A stretch of DNA of 64,000 bases from an uncultured candidate division Zixibacteria bacterium (GTDB lineage: Bacteria > Zixibacteria > MSB-5A5 > UBA10806), in the NCBI GenBank assembly GCA_963801605.1, contig CAWDFP010000006.1, positions 1,376,001 to 1,440,000 of the forward strand, read 5' to 3'. Below the pieces are notes generated by a model. That model was not told the DNA's origin, did no database searches, and saw only the letters and a list, made by a program, of their open reading frames with translations. The position numbers and the translations under genes are program-made. This document shows positions 8,879 to 19,788 of the stretch, piece after piece; within the stretch, counting starts at the first letter, position 1; every line of letters starts with the position of its first letter.

Positions 8879-11800
8879 GTGTCCTTTCGCAGCCTTCGGA
8901 TAATTATTCCGGCAGTCATATTACTAATCCTGCCGGAATTAGCCTCATCTAAGGATATGATGCGTCCTATTACCTGGAAAGTTGTTCCTCAGGAAACGGA
9001 CGGGGGTAAAATCAGGCCATCATTTAAATCCGATATCTCTCAAAAAAATATTCTTGGATTGGATAGGCCAACTCCGTTTTCGCTTCCTACCGGAAAACGC
9101 GGGTTGCCCCTGTCGCTGGCGGTTTTAGAGGATACCGTCAAGGTCCTGGTGCTCAAAATAGAATTCCAGCCGGAAATACCTGACGATCCCAAAACCACCG
9201 GTATCGGCACTTTCGATATGCGTTCTTATGATGAATTTGTCGCTCAGGAACATCATTATATCGATCCCGCTCCGCATGGAACGGCTTATTTCAATTCGCA
9301 CATGGAAGGTTTGCGTCGATATTGGTATTTCGTCTCCGATAAAAAACTCGACCTTAGCTGGGATATATTTCCTCAACCGGAAAGCTCGACTTTCAGGCTG
9401 CCGGTTAAAATGTCTTATTACGGTTCCGAGGGTCCCTGGGCTGATTCCTCGGTTGCCGACAAGTTGGGGCATTTTCTAATCGACGCTATCACTTTTGCCG
9501 ACTCGGCCGCTCCGGAGATAGATTTTTCGCAATACCAGGCGATAATAATCTTCCATGCCGGCTCGGATCAGCAAAATAATTTCGCATTTATCAACGATAC
9601 TCCCGATGATTTTTATACCGGGTTCATCAGACTGGCCGAACCGGTTATCGTCGACAACGGAGCGTTTCAGGTAAGTGAAGCTTTGCAGGTGCCGGAGACT
9701 GAAAGCCAGGATAATCGCATCACAGCTCTGAATGGCGTTCTGGCGCATGAGTTCGGACATCAACTTGGGCTGGTTGACCTGTATGACACCTATAATTTCA
9801 TGACACAGATCGGCGATTTCTCGCTGATGGATAATAACGGCATGTCTGTGGGTGTCGAATTCGACAGCATCTCATCATCTGTTGGTGGCACTATTCCGGT
9901 TTATCCCGACGCCTGGTCGCGGGCCTATCTGGGTTTTGATGTGCCCAAAGTTGTGTCACGCATGGGGGGAGAATCCGTCAGCGCGGCCGTCCTCAATTAT
10001 TCCGAAAGCGAAATTGTCAAAGTCCCTATAACGGATTTTGAATATTACCTGATCGAAAACAGGCAGCAGGTAAATCATGAAACTGCCCTCATTGCTGATC
10101 ACCAAACGGGTGTAATTTTAGGTCCGGGATATTTAGATAACGAAGGCCTGTTGGTTGCCAACGGCGAATACGATCTCTTCTGCCCCGGCAACGGTATGCT
10201 GATCTGGCATATCGATGAATATCCGGCTTATCAAAATTATACGGGATCTCCCGATAACAACTTCTTCACCAATACTCTTCAATGGGATAAAGATCGTCGC
10301 TTTGTGTCTCTGGTCGAGGCCGACGGCGTGGTCGATTTTGGAGGCAACTATTACCGTGGCTACGGCGATCAAAACGATTTCTTCAGGGCTGGCGGCCCCA
10401 CAGCCATGACTCCTTTTACTCGTCCACCCTCGCGAACCAATCTGGGCGCCGATTCCCATGTATTTATCACCAACGTTTCCGCTTCCGATACCATCATGAC
10501 AGTCGATATCGATAACAACTGGCTCTTGCCCGGCTGGCCGCAGATGAGTCGTCCAGCGGCCATGTCTGATCCAATTATTACCGATGTTGGCGCGCTGGGC
10601 TCTAATGCGGTCGTAATGGCCGGCGGAAATCAGCTTTTGGCCTGGCGATTCGATGGCAGCAAAATTATCCCTAATTACGACTCAATTGGTTTCATGCGTT
10701 ATGACAGCAGTATCGCCGTTTACCCCTTAGCGGTGATAGCTGATTGCAATACCGATATCGTTGGCCGTCCGGTCGCGGTTGATTTCGATGGTGACGGTAT
10801 CAACGAGCTTGCGGCCGTCACAACTACTGGACGACTTTATGCAGTTAGGGCCGCTGACGATGACCACGATGGCCGCGGCGACGCCCTAACCGGATTCCCA
10901 TATCAAATTGGCGCTGGAGTCACGCTTCCGCCGATTGCCGTTAATTTTCTGGCGCGGCCCGGTCAGCAGCTTCTTGTATTCCGTAGTTCCGAAGTCCATC
11001 TGATTTATTCCAATCCTCCGGATTCGTTACCGGTCGATAGTCTGATTTTTGCATGGGAATATGACTTTCCTTCCGCGTCCGCTTATAGCGTTGCCGGAAA
11101 AAATGTAGTAGATCTGATTGAACGCGAAAGGTTTGGACATATTATCAGGATGACTGCTGATTCTGGCGCGGTTAATTTTCAGCAGGCGTTTAGGGCCTCA
11201 TATTATGACCCCGCGAAATATCTGATCTCAGGCGATGTCAGCCGTAGCGGCGGAATGCCGGATATCGTGCTCGTAAGCGGTCGAACTGTGCGGCTTATTG
11301 GAGCGGATGGCGCTCTTAAATGGGCTGTAGATATCCGCGATGAACTCGGCCGCCCGGCGCTGGGCGATATCAATTCGGATGGTTTCCCGGAAGTTGTCGT
11401 TGCCGGCAATGCGAAAATTTACGCTATTTCCTACAATGGCGTTATGCTTGATAATTTCCCCATCAATATGCGGCTATATGATACCAGTGGCATCCCGGAT
11501 ACGTCCGCCATTACATCCCCTCCGATATTGGGAGATGTTGACGGTGACGACAATCCCGATATCATCATTGGTCTGCCGGCTGGCTCTATCTATGCGTTCA
11601 ATTATCACGCCGATAAACTTTCAGGTTTCCCGCTTCCCAGTTCATTTGGGATATCGCGAGCTTGTGCCCTGGGCGATATCAACGCCGATGGCAGGATCGA
11701 TCTGGTCACCGTGGAAAATCCCGGTTTTGTCAAAGCCTGGGCGATAGATACATCGTATATTGCCGCTGATGTCCCCTGGGGCAATTCGGGCGGCACTCCT

Positions 11801-12136
11801 GGCAACAGTGGTTACCTCAACCCCATTTATGAAAAACCGATGGTCAGCGCTGATCTCCAACTTCCTGAAAATTCCGTATTCAACTATCCAAACCCGGCCA
11901 GAAACACTACCACCATCAGGTACTACCTTAACAGCGATTCCCGGGTAAATATCGATATATTTGATTTCATGGGGGAGAGGGTTCACGATATCCAACTTGC
12001 CGGGTTGGGTCATGTTTCGAACGAATATGTTTGGGACTGCAGCAGTGTGGCATCCGGAATATATTTTTGCCGTGTCGAGGCTGTAAATGACACTGGCAAG
12101 AACTGGCGGATGATTAAAATTGCGATTGCAAAATAA
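8879..12136 (+). CDS. M6 (immune inhibitor A-like) metalloprotease with FG-GAP repeats and T9SS CTD
   Basis: IFHAG, HEFGHQLGLVDLY, FSLMD, EYYLIENR, GMLIWHIDE; GD.N.DG FG-GAP repeats; CTD FNYPNP...ASGIYF...KIAIAK. Confidence 0.85.
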   Translation: MSFRSLRIIIPAVILLILPELASSKDMMRPITWKVVPQETDGGKIRPSFKSDISQKNILGLDRPTPFSLPTGKRGLPLSLAVLEDTVKVLVLKIEFQPEIPDDPKTTGIGTFDMRSYDEFVAQEHHYIDPAPHGTAYFNSHMEGLRRYWYFVSDKKLDLSWDIFPQPESSTFRLPVKMSYYGSEGPWADSSVADKLGHFLIDAITFADSAAPEIDFSQYQAIIIFHAGSDQQNNFAFINDTPDDFYTGFIRLAEPVIVDNGAFQVSEALQVPETESQDNRITALNGVLAHEFGHQLGLVDLYDTYNFMTQIGDFSLMDNNGMSVGVEFDSISSSVGGTIPVYPDAWSRAYLGFDVPKVVSRMGGESVSAAVLNYSESEIVKVPITDFEYYLIENRQQVNHETALIADHQTGVILGPGYLDNEGLLVANGEYDLFCPGNGMLIWHIDEYPAYQNYTGSPDNNFFTNTLQWDKDRRFVSLVEADGVVDFGGNYYRGYGDQNDFFRAGGPTAMTPFTRPPSRTNLGADSHVFITNVSASDTIMTVDIDNNWLLPGWPQMSRPAAMSDPIITDVGALGSNAVVMAGGNQLLAWRFDGSKIIPNYDSIGFMRYDSSIAVYPLAVIADCNTDIVGRPVAVDFDGDGINELAAVTTTGRLYAVRAADDDHDGRGDALTGFPYQIGAGVTLPPIAVNFLARPGQQLLVFRSSEVHLIYSNPPDSLPVDSLIFAWEYDFPSASAYSVAGKNVVDLIERERFGHIIRMTADSGAVNFQQAFRASYYDPAKYLISGDVSRSGGMPDIVLVSGRTVRLIGADGALKWAVDIRDELGRPALGDINSDGFPEVVVAGNAKIYAISYNGVMLDNFPINMRLYDTSGIPDTSAITSPPILGDVDGDDNPDIIIGLPAGSIYAFNYHADKLSGFPLPSSFGISRACALGDINADGRIDLVTVENPGFVKAWAIDTSYIAADVPWGNSGGTPGNSGYLNPIYEKPMVSADLQLPENSVFNYPNPARNTTTIRYYLNSDSRVNIDIFDFMGERVHDIQLAGLGHVSNEYVWDCSSVASGIYFCRVEAVNDTGKNWRMIKIAIAK

Positions 12137-12177
12137 TGGTGTAAGCAATAGGCGAGAGCATTCTCGCGGGAGGAATT

Positions 12178-13029
12178 ATGAAGGCGCTTAATATTTTGAT
12201 TGTGATAGCTGTAGTATTTTCGGCTGCTCTGTGTCAGGCCGCAGGCTTGACCCGGACAGTTTCGGTTAACGAATATTTCGCGGAAAAATCATTATCCCTG
12301 CATAGCTATCTATCCAATCAGCTTGATGTCAAAGGCAACGACACCGACTTGCGCGCTGATATTTATGAATTCCACGCCAAATCACCTGTTAAGGCCTTTG
12401 TGATGTCGATGCTGATACCTGGCGCGGGACAGTATTACAATGGCTCAAAAATAAAAGCTGCTTCATTTTTTGCTGTCGATGTAGCCCTTTGGTCGGGTTA
12501 TCTCCTTTATCATGGTAAAGGCGTCAATATGGAAAATGATTATAAAGCCTTTGCCAATCAGAATTATCATTTTTCGACTTATTTCGGTTGGTGGGATGGT
12601 CTGGATTCAAGCAGTCAAAACGTTTTTTCGCATCGAATTTATCTCGATTCAACAGGTCAAAGCCCGATTTATAACCGCGAGTATTATGAAAATATAGGAA
12701 AATACGATCAATTTCAGGTTGGCTGGGGCTCCAGCGGTCTGAATCATCCCCCGCGGATTTCTCCCAACGATACTACCAGAACTGCCTGGTACGGAGATAA
12801 CAACGAACGTCTGACTTACCTTGGAATGCGAAAAAAATCAAACGATTATTTCTCAAATGCCAAAACGATGGCCATAGTGTCAATAGGTAATCATCTCATT
12901 TCGGCCATCGAGGCTGCTATTGGCGCCAGAGGATTTAATAAAGGCGGCAAGCAATATTCGCTCCAGTTGGAATCGAGAGATATTAACGGACGGGTCGTGC
13001 CGTTTGCAATGGTCAGGACGATATTCTGA
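12178..13029 (+). CDS. DUF5683-like exported/outer-membrane protein
   Basis: Signal peptide; KSP.KA...S.LIPGAGQYYN motif; paralogue of the next gene. Confidence 0.65.
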   Translation: MKALNILIVIAVVFSAALCQAAGLTRTVSVNEYFAEKSLSLHSYLSNQLDVKGNDTDLRADIYEFHAKSPVKAFVMSMLIPGAGQYYNGSKIKAASFFAVDVALWSGYLLYHGKGVNMENDYKAFANQNYHFSTYFGWWDGLDSSSQNVFSHRIYLDSTGQSPIYNREYYENIGKYDQFQVGWGSSGLNHPPRISPNDTTRTAWYGDNNERLTYLGMRKKSNDYFSNAKTMAIVSIGNHLISAIEAAIGARGFNKGGKQYSLQLESRDINGRVVPFAMVRTIF

Positions 13030-13031
13030 TT

Positions 13032-13778
13032 ATGATAGCTCGTAAATTAATAATTTTAGGGTTGGTATTATCCTTCCTGATGCCGGTTCAGGCATTCCCT
13101 GAAACGATTTCTCGCCTTATGGAGCGGCAACTTAAGCAGGGCGGCGAAGATCTCAATCCTCCCTCTTTTTTAACGCCGCAAAAGGGAAAAAGGAAATCCA
13201 AGTTCAAAGCGCTGGGGCTATCGCTTCTCCTTCCGGGTGCAGGGCAGTATTATACCGAAAATAAAACCAAAATGATTATCTTCGGAAGCGCCGAGGCTCT
13301 CATCTGGACCAGCTTTTTCGGCTTACGCACCTATGGCAAATGGAAAAAAGATGATTATAAGGGATGGGCCGCTGTACATGCCGGAGCGTCTATCGCCGGT
13401 AAATCCGACCTCTTTTTCGAAAAGCTGACTTACTACAATAATCTTAACGAATACAATCAGCTTGAGCTTGTCTATGAGGGGCCTGATGCGCAGCTTTTCC
13501 CAACCACCGCCAGTTACTGGTGGAATTGGGATTCCCAGGCTAACCGGGATTATTACCGCAGCCTGCGTAATCAAAGCAAAAACGCCTATCGACGATCCCT
13601 TTTTCTGGTAGCTGGAGCCGTGATTAACCGCGTCCTTTCGGGAATTGACGCTTACCGCTCCGCTTCGGCTATGGATCGAAATCAGGAATTTGGCGCCGCC
13701 GACTGGGGTCTTTACTATTCTGCGGACGGCCCGCTATGGGATAGCAAACTTGAAATCGGGTTTGTTAAAAAGTTTTAA
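13032..13778 (+). CDS. DUF5683-like exported/outer-membrane protein
   Basis: Signal peptide; KSKFKALGLSLLLPGAGQYY; N..LS.IDAY; terminal Phe. Confidence 0.65.
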   Translation: MIARKLIILGLVLSFLMPVQAFPETISRLMERQLKQGGEDLNPPSFLTPQKGKRKSKFKALGLSLLLPGAGQYYTENKTKMIIFGSAEALIWTSFFGLRTYGKWKKDDYKGWAAVHAGASIAGKSDLFFEKLTYYNNLNEYNQLELVYEGPDAQLFPTTASYWWNWDSQANRDYYRSLRNQSKNAYRRSLFLVAGAVINRVLSGIDAYRSASAMDRNQEFGAADWGLYYSADGPLWDSKLEIGFVKKF

Positions 13779-14703
13779 GGCTGCCCTGGCATGCCTTTTA
13801 GCCTTCTCTTGTGCTACCGGAGGGATGGGGCAATCGGGCAAGTTGCCGGTTCGCTCGCAATCCAGGCCGATCTTGAACGTCCGGCAGATTACCCAGGCCG
13901 GCCCTCAACTCTCCGATGATGTAGCCCTGATTTCGCCCGCGGCGGTTGTTATTAACGATATTGGCGAAATTTTTATCTCCGATAATGCCTCCAACTCGGT
14001 TTACAGGCTTTCATCGTCATTGGAGCTGCTTTCAAAGGAGGGTAGTCCGTCATCGAGCATCTTCAATAAGCCTTTGGGAATGGCTTGCGATGCTGCCCTC
14101 AATCTTTACGTAGTCGATAGCGGCAACCATCGGATTCAGGTTCTTGATCACAATTTGCGCTTTGCCCGAAGTGTAACCTCATATTCCGATCAAAATAATG
14201 AATCAGTTGATTTTTCCCAGCCGACCGATATTTCAATTGATGGTGAAGGCAATTTCTGGATTGCCGATGATAATAAGATTTTAAAGCTCAACCCTTTTTT
14301 TGATCTTCTTCTTGAAATATCCGACCAGGTCCCCAGTCCGTTTATTGTAGGTAAAGTTTCATCGCTCAGGGTCTCAAAGAAAGGTCTGGTTGCCATCGCC
14401 GATAACGGTAACCAGCGAATCAGGATCATCTCAACCGCTGGCAACTATATTTCTGAAATCAACGTTTCCTCGCCGCGGGCGGTTGCCTGGGATGGGGATG
14501 ATGATATTTGGGTTGTCGAACAAAATAAACTTTCGTCCTATGATTTGGCCGGAAATGAGCGCTATTCATTTATAGGAGATCAGCCCGGCGCTCGGCCCGG
14601 CTGGGCCGCGTTTGATCCCGGCGGTCGGCTGATTATCCTCGATAGCGGCCTGCGCAAAATTGGAATCTTTGAGGTGGTTCGAGGCTCCCAAGGTGGTAAA
14701 TAA
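13762..14703 (+). CDS. NHL-repeat (beta-propeller) lipoprotein
   Basis: Repeated F..P..I..D..GN.YV.D.GN.RIQV units; LAFSC lipobox after a probable TTG start near 13750-13762 (ORF track starts at 13645). Confidence 0.78.
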   Translation: MLKSFKAALACLLAFSCATGGMGQSGKLPVRSQSRPILNVRQITQAGPQLSDDVALISPAAVVINDIGEIFISDNASNSVYRLSSSLELLSKEGSPSSSIFNKPLGMACDAALNLYVVDSGNHRIQVLDHNLRFARSVTSYSDQNNESVDFSQPTDISIDGEGNFWIADDNKILKLNPFFDLLLEISDQVPSPFIVGKVSSLRVSKKGLVAIADNGNQRIRIISTAGNYISEINVSSPRAVAWDGDDDIWVVEQNKLSSYDLAGNERYSFIGDQPGARPGWAAFDPGGRLIILDSGLRKIGIFEVVRGSQGGK

Positions 14704-14789
14704 GATGGTATTTAGCCACGTAATCAATTTGCGGGAATAACTCAAGAAGGATCATATATCCTTGATGATAATTTCATGGAATAAAATAA

Positions 14790-14817
14790 GCAGGGGCGTA
14801 CCGCGAAACGCCCCTGC
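14790..14817. repeat. AGGGGCG...CGCCCCT family palindrome (REP-like; may also act as terminator)
   Basis: GCAGGGGCGT-ACCGCGAA-ACGCCCCTGC; related copies near 21216, 41050 and 48830. Confidence 0.7.
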
Positions 14818-14874
14818 ATTATTAATAACATCGCTTGTTGTCATTATAATGTTATTGAAAATGAATGACTGCTG

Positions 14875-17800
14875 ATGAAAAAATGTATCGCTTCATTATT
14901 TGTGTTCTTTTTATATGCCATCGCTTCGAGCCAGGCGCCGGATACTTCTGTTACGGTCCACGGTAAGGGCACTCGCGGGCCATATCAGCTTGGCTTCCGA
15001 TATTTAATTAACGGCTCATTCTCCTTATTTCACGGCGATAAACCCATCAGCGCCGACAGCTTTACAGTCCAATTCGCTGACGGTATCCTCGATCTTACTG
15101 AGCCTCTTCCAATCGGAGATTCCCTGTTTGCCCGATTTCGCTTCATGCCGCTTACGCTTAAAACACGCTATTTCCTGCATGATATCGCATCTTCCAGCGC
15201 GGATACGTCAACAATAATTGATCTAAAATCAACTCCTGGCGTTGAACACTTTGGAAGCGATCTCTCTATTACCGGCAGCAAAGGATTTTCATTTCAAGCC
15301 GGGCAGGGAGTCAATAACTCCTTGTCTCAATCGCTCAACCTGTCTATTGCCGGCGATCTCATTCCGGGATTGCATACCTCTGCCCATATCTCAGACAAGT
15401 CAACCGGCACAAACGGGGTTACCCGACGGCTTGAGGAACTTGACAAGATTTATATCGAGGCCGAATCCGACAAATTCAAAGGGACCTTTGGCGATTTTGA
15501 TTATACTCGTGATCGTGATCCGCTCTTGGGATTCGAAAGAAAATTGACCGGCTTAAAAGCTCTTTATGCCAATAAAGGCAATTCGATACAGGGAGCCGCC
15601 GCATTTTTCCCCGGAGAATATTCCTCTATTACCATAAGCGGCCATGATGGTCAACTCGGGCCGTATTATCTAACCGATCTTGGTGGACGTCAGGGAACGC
15701 AGATATTACCGGGTTCCGAGAAGATTTATCTCGATGGAATTTTGCAGCGGCGCGGTGATGATTATCAGATCGATTATGATGCTGGAACCATCCTGTTCGC
15801 ACCCTCAAAAGTGATTCGCGATGAGAGCCGTATCACTCTCGATTATGAAGTTTCCCGCGAGGAGTATGGACGAAGTTTTTATTCTGCGTCGGGTGAAGCT
15901 GCGCCCGCGCCGGGTTTTCGCGTTTATTCAAGTGTTCTTCAGGAGGGCGATAACAAAAGCTCCCCCAAAAGCTTTGAAATGACCGACGAGATCAAAAGCA
16001 TTCTTCAGAACGCCGGCGCAAACCGTTTCAGTGCTGCTAAAAGCGGTGTAAAACCTGTTGGCCCCGGATTGGGAAGCTACAATCTTGATACCACCGGGAC
16101 TCCGCATTATGTTTATGTCGGGGCAAATCGCGGCTCATTCGATGTGACATTCTCATTCATTGGTACAAACCTCGGCTCCTATCGTGCCCTGGGTGGCGGC
16201 TCGTATGTTTATAACGGTCTTAACCTGGGCGATTATGAACCAGTAATATTGATTCCCCTTCCTCAGGTAAGCAGGTACGGCTCTTTCGGCTCAACCTGGA
16301 TGGCCCCCGACAGCTCAATTGCCTTTGAAGGTGAATTAGCCGGCTCTCTTAATGATCGTAATACTCTTTCTAATTTCGATCCGGTCCAGCAGGGGGCCTC
16401 CGGATATGGGGCCGCGCACCTCAGGCAAAATATATTTGGAGAAAATAGCTTCATCGGCTTTGATGCCCGGTTTCGTAAGATTGGCCGTGAAGCTATCTTC
16501 CCGGGCAGAATTGATGATGTAGAACGTTATCGCAAATACGATCTCGATGCCGCTCTTCCCAGCGCCGGAGAGAAGGTCGAGGAGGCTGCTATTAGCGGCG
16601 GCCCCGATAAACAGCGTGTTATTTCGTTCGAAATGGGCTATCTGACTCATCCCGATATCAAAAGCCGATATCGTCAGGCCGCCGGACTTAATTGGAAGAT
16701 TATAGGCCCGTTAAGCATCTCTTCGAGTCTCGAACGAACAACAGGTATTCGAACCTGGTGGAAACGCAATGCTTTAATCTCCGCCAACATGAAGCGTTTC
16801 CAACCTTCTTTCAGAGTCAATTTCGAGCAACGTGACGGCCTTTCCGGATTTAAATATTATGAATACGGGGCATCCTTACCGGCGACATATACCCAAAATA
16901 TCAGCGGCACAACGGAGTTGGTTTTTCGAGATGAAAAGTATCTGGATACGGTTTGGAAAAATAAATTCCAATCGGGATCGATTCAACAGAACCTGAATTT
17001 CGTTTTGGGGCCATCCGGTTTTTCGGGCGAATTGGCCGGATCATATTATCGGAAACATTACCGGGATTTCGCGGGTACCGACTCCGATCAGCGCACCGGC
17101 TGGACCCGGCTGACATACTCCGATCCCGCTGGCAGAGGTTCATTTTCGGTTAACGAACGCTTAAGTTCATCAAACGAAAGACTGCAATCGAAAAATTATC
17201 TCTTCGTGGGATTGGGACATGGCGACTACCGATTGGAAGATGGCGAATATATCAGTGATCCCCAGGGAGATTATATAGCGGTAATCGATGAGCTGGGAGA
17301 AGGGGAGAAGATTTCCGAAATCAATACCGAACTGAGCGGTTCGCTGTCTCCTTTCGTGGCATTCGATCCATCCCGAAAAATTGAATCAAGCGCCGGACGG
17401 TTGAGTATCGAATCCGATCTCACTTATTCTCTTAAAAAATCGTCTAATCGTCTTTTGGGATGGGATTTTTTCCCCTGGAGAACCTCACACGTTTCCAAGG
17501 TGGTTCTTCAGAATGGGCAACTCAACACCAGAGTTTATTATTATCCTCCGCGCGGCAATCATCGCTTTCGATATAATATGGAGCGTACCTTCGAAAATGG
17601 GGCGCCATACTCCAATGAAACTTCAAATAACCGTTCCAGAACCGATGAACTTTCCTGGGCTTTTCCTGCAAATAAAAAACTGGATATAATATTATCATTG
17701 TCATCGTCAAACGAAAGAAGATCGGTCAATGGATCGGGCTATAATATCGATCGCAACAGCGTTACAATATCGAATAGCTATCGCCCGACAAAATCGTGGA

Positions 17801-18144
17801 CCGTCACTTTTAGCCCGTCTTTCGAATCCGACCGCCAGAGCGATACCGGTCTCAAAGCCTCTCTTCCGGCGGTGGAAACGGGTCTCACACGGGAAATCGA
17901 ACGAACTGGCAGAATTTCAGCCAGGATAGGTTATGCCAGGATGATTGCTGCTCCTCATAATGTTTATGTTCCCTTTCAGGTGGCGCAGGGACGAGGCCCT
18001 GGCGATAACTTCGAGGCTAGCCTCATAGCTCGGCTAACCGTTACTAATAACGGACGGATTGATTTGTCTTATCGCTTCGAGGATTATGCCAAACGGCCTA
18101 TCAAGCATAATTTTAGATTAGAATTTACGGTGCTATTTTTATGA
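14875..18144 (+). CDS. Large exported/outer-membrane protein with a SprA-N-like motif and probable C-terminal beta-barrel
   Basis: Signal peptide; GPY.L...ILPGSEKIYLDG...RG.DY.IDY..G.I.F motif; amphipathic beta-strand-rich C-terminus. Confidence 0.6.
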   Translation: MKKCIASLFVFFLYAIASSQAPDTSVTVHGKGTRGPYQLGFRYLINGSFSLFHGDKPISADSFTVQFADGILDLTEPLPIGDSLFARFRFMPLTLKTRYFLHDIASSSADTSTIIDLKSTPGVEHFGSDLSITGSKGFSFQAGQGVNNSLSQSLNLSIAGDLIPGLHTSAHISDKSTGTNGVTRRLEELDKIYIEAESDKFKGTFGDFDYTRDRDPLLGFERKLTGLKALYANKGNSIQGAAAFFPGEYSSITISGHDGQLGPYYLTDLGGRQGTQILPGSEKIYLDGILQRRGDDYQIDYDAGTILFAPSKVIRDESRITLDYEVSREEYGRSFYSASGEAAPAPGFRVYSSVLQEGDNKSSPKSFEMTDEIKSILQNAGANRFSAAKSGVKPVGPGLGSYNLDTTGTPHYVYVGANRGSFDVTFSFIGTNLGSYRALGGGSYVYNGLNLGDYEPVILIPLPQVSRYGSFGSTWMAPDSSIAFEGELAGSLNDRNTLSNFDPVQQGASGYGAAHLRQNIFGENSFIGFDARFRKIGREAIFPGRIDDVERYRKYDLDAALPSAGEKVEEAAISGGPDKQRVISFEMGYLTHPDIKSRYRQAAGLNWKIIGPLSISSSLERTTGIRTWWKRNALISANMKRFQPSFRVNFEQRDGLSGFKYYEYGASLPATYTQNISGTTELVFRDEKYLDTVWKNKFQSGSIQQNLNFVLGPSGFSGELAGSYYRKHYRDFAGTDSDQRTGWTRLTYSDPAGRGSFSVNERLSSSNERLQSKNYLFVGLGHGDYRLEDGEYISDPQGDYIAVIDELGEGEKISEINTELSGSLSPFVAFDPSRKIESSAGRLSIESDLTYSLKKSSNRLLGWDFFPWRTSHVSKVVLQNGQLNTRVYYYPPRGNHRFRYNMERTFENGAPYSNETSNNRSRTDELSWAFPANKKLDIILSLSSSNERRSVNGSGYNIDRNSVTISNSYRPTKSWTVTFSPSFESDRQSDTGLKASLPAVETGLTREIERTGRISARIGYARMIAAPHNVYVPFQVAQGRGPGDNFEASLIARLTVTNNGRIDLSYRFEDYAKRPIKHNFRLEFTVLFL

Positions 18145-19788
18145 GATGGCGATTCGGAATATTTCTTCTTCTACTTTTTGGAAATGCCTCGGCAATCGAG
18201 ATTTCGGGCAATCATCTATTTAGTTATAAAGATATATCCCATTCAGTGAAACTTAATGTTAGCAGCGATTCTCTGATTAACCAAATTCAGACGCTTTATC
18301 GAAATGCAGGGTACTTCAATGCCAGGATTGACATTATTCCCGCCCAAAATACCGCTGATACAAAAATCATTATTCGCGAAGGCCTACCATCCCGAATCGA
18401 TGGCTATGACAATCGAACTTATCCCGCCTGATTCACAGATAACTTTTGATGATTTTATTTCCGAAATAAAAGGCCAAATCGCATCGCAATCTAATCTCGA
18501 TGATTTGGCCAATCAATCAATAGCACGTCTCGCCGAAAGCGGTATGCCGTTTGCCAGCGCCCAGTGGCGTGATTTTCAATTTGATTCTACCGGCAATATC
18601 GCCGCTGCCCTGAGAATTGTCTCCGGGCCGCGTATCAGGATTGCCAGAGTGCTTTATCGTGGCTTGAAGCGAACCCGACCGGAAACTCTCAATCGTGTCA
18701 TGAACTTCAGGCTCGGCGATTTCTATTCTGAATCGAAAGTATCTTCATCCGAACGTCTGCTCGATCAAATGCCTTATCTTCGAATTGCCTCTAAATTCGA
18801 AATCGAACAAATTGGCGATGGTGATTCCTGCGCGGTGATATTTAATGTCAGGGAGCTTCCCTCTACAAGGTTCGATGGTGCTGCCGGGGTGTCTTCGATT
18901 AAAGGCAAATCGACATTTGTGGGCCGGCTCGATCTCGAATTTGGTGATATCCTCGGCAGCGGACGAGCTTTTGGTCTTTTATGGAATAAAAAAGATCGCT
19001 TCTCCAGCGAGATTCGCATAAATTATCTTGAACCGTATCTACTGGGAAGCCAATTTGATTTAAACCTGGAAACTCACCAGGTCGATCGCGATTCTCTTTA
19101 TATTGAAAGTGGCGCCTCGCTGGGTTTATCGCATGATTTTGGTGACGGCCTGGGCGGCAGCCTCAATCTGGCAATAGGACGGACTGTACCTGAAACTGGA
19201 AGCAAGGTCGCCTCATCGAATGGCAGTGCTGTGGGTGTTCAGTTCGATTATTATAATTCCGATCACCCGGATAATCCGACTACCGGCTATGTTATTATGT
19301 CAAACGTAAACTACAAATATCGTTCCAATCAGAATAGTGATTCGCTCGATCTCCCCACTCGTCTTACATCGGCAGGCGTCGATCTTCGCTATTATGCGAA
19401 AGTCTCATCACGTTTCGTGGCGGCCTTTGCTGTTAGCGGATGGGGAATTATTTCTAATGATGGTCAGGTTCCGCCCGACGAGCTTCGCTACATCGGAGGC
19501 TTTCAAAGCCTTCGTGGTTACGCCGAGCGCCAGATTCCGGCTTTTCGTTACGCCATCGCAAGTTTCGAACCGCGCCTTATCACCGGACGGGCAAGCCGCG
19601 CCTACCTCTTCTATGACCTTGCTGAGGTTAAAGGCGGACAGGTGGGACCATATCGATTTTTCCCCGGATACGGCTTCGGACTGGTAGCGCCGACCAGCCT
19701 GGGTCAATTCAAGCTTGAAATCGGATGGGGGAAAAATGGCTTTCCCTCCAATGCCATCCTCAATTTTGGCCTGGCAGGACGATTCTAA
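18141..19788 (+). CDS. Omp85 (BamA/TamA-like) protein with POTRA domains, split by one frameshift near 18400
   Basis: POTRA-like Y.NAGYF and GL.RT...L.R; Y.EPYL.G; GG.QSLRGY; terminal Phe; ORFs 18141-18431 and 18304-19788 join as SRID|AMTIE if one base is removed from GATGGCT. Confidence 0.8.
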
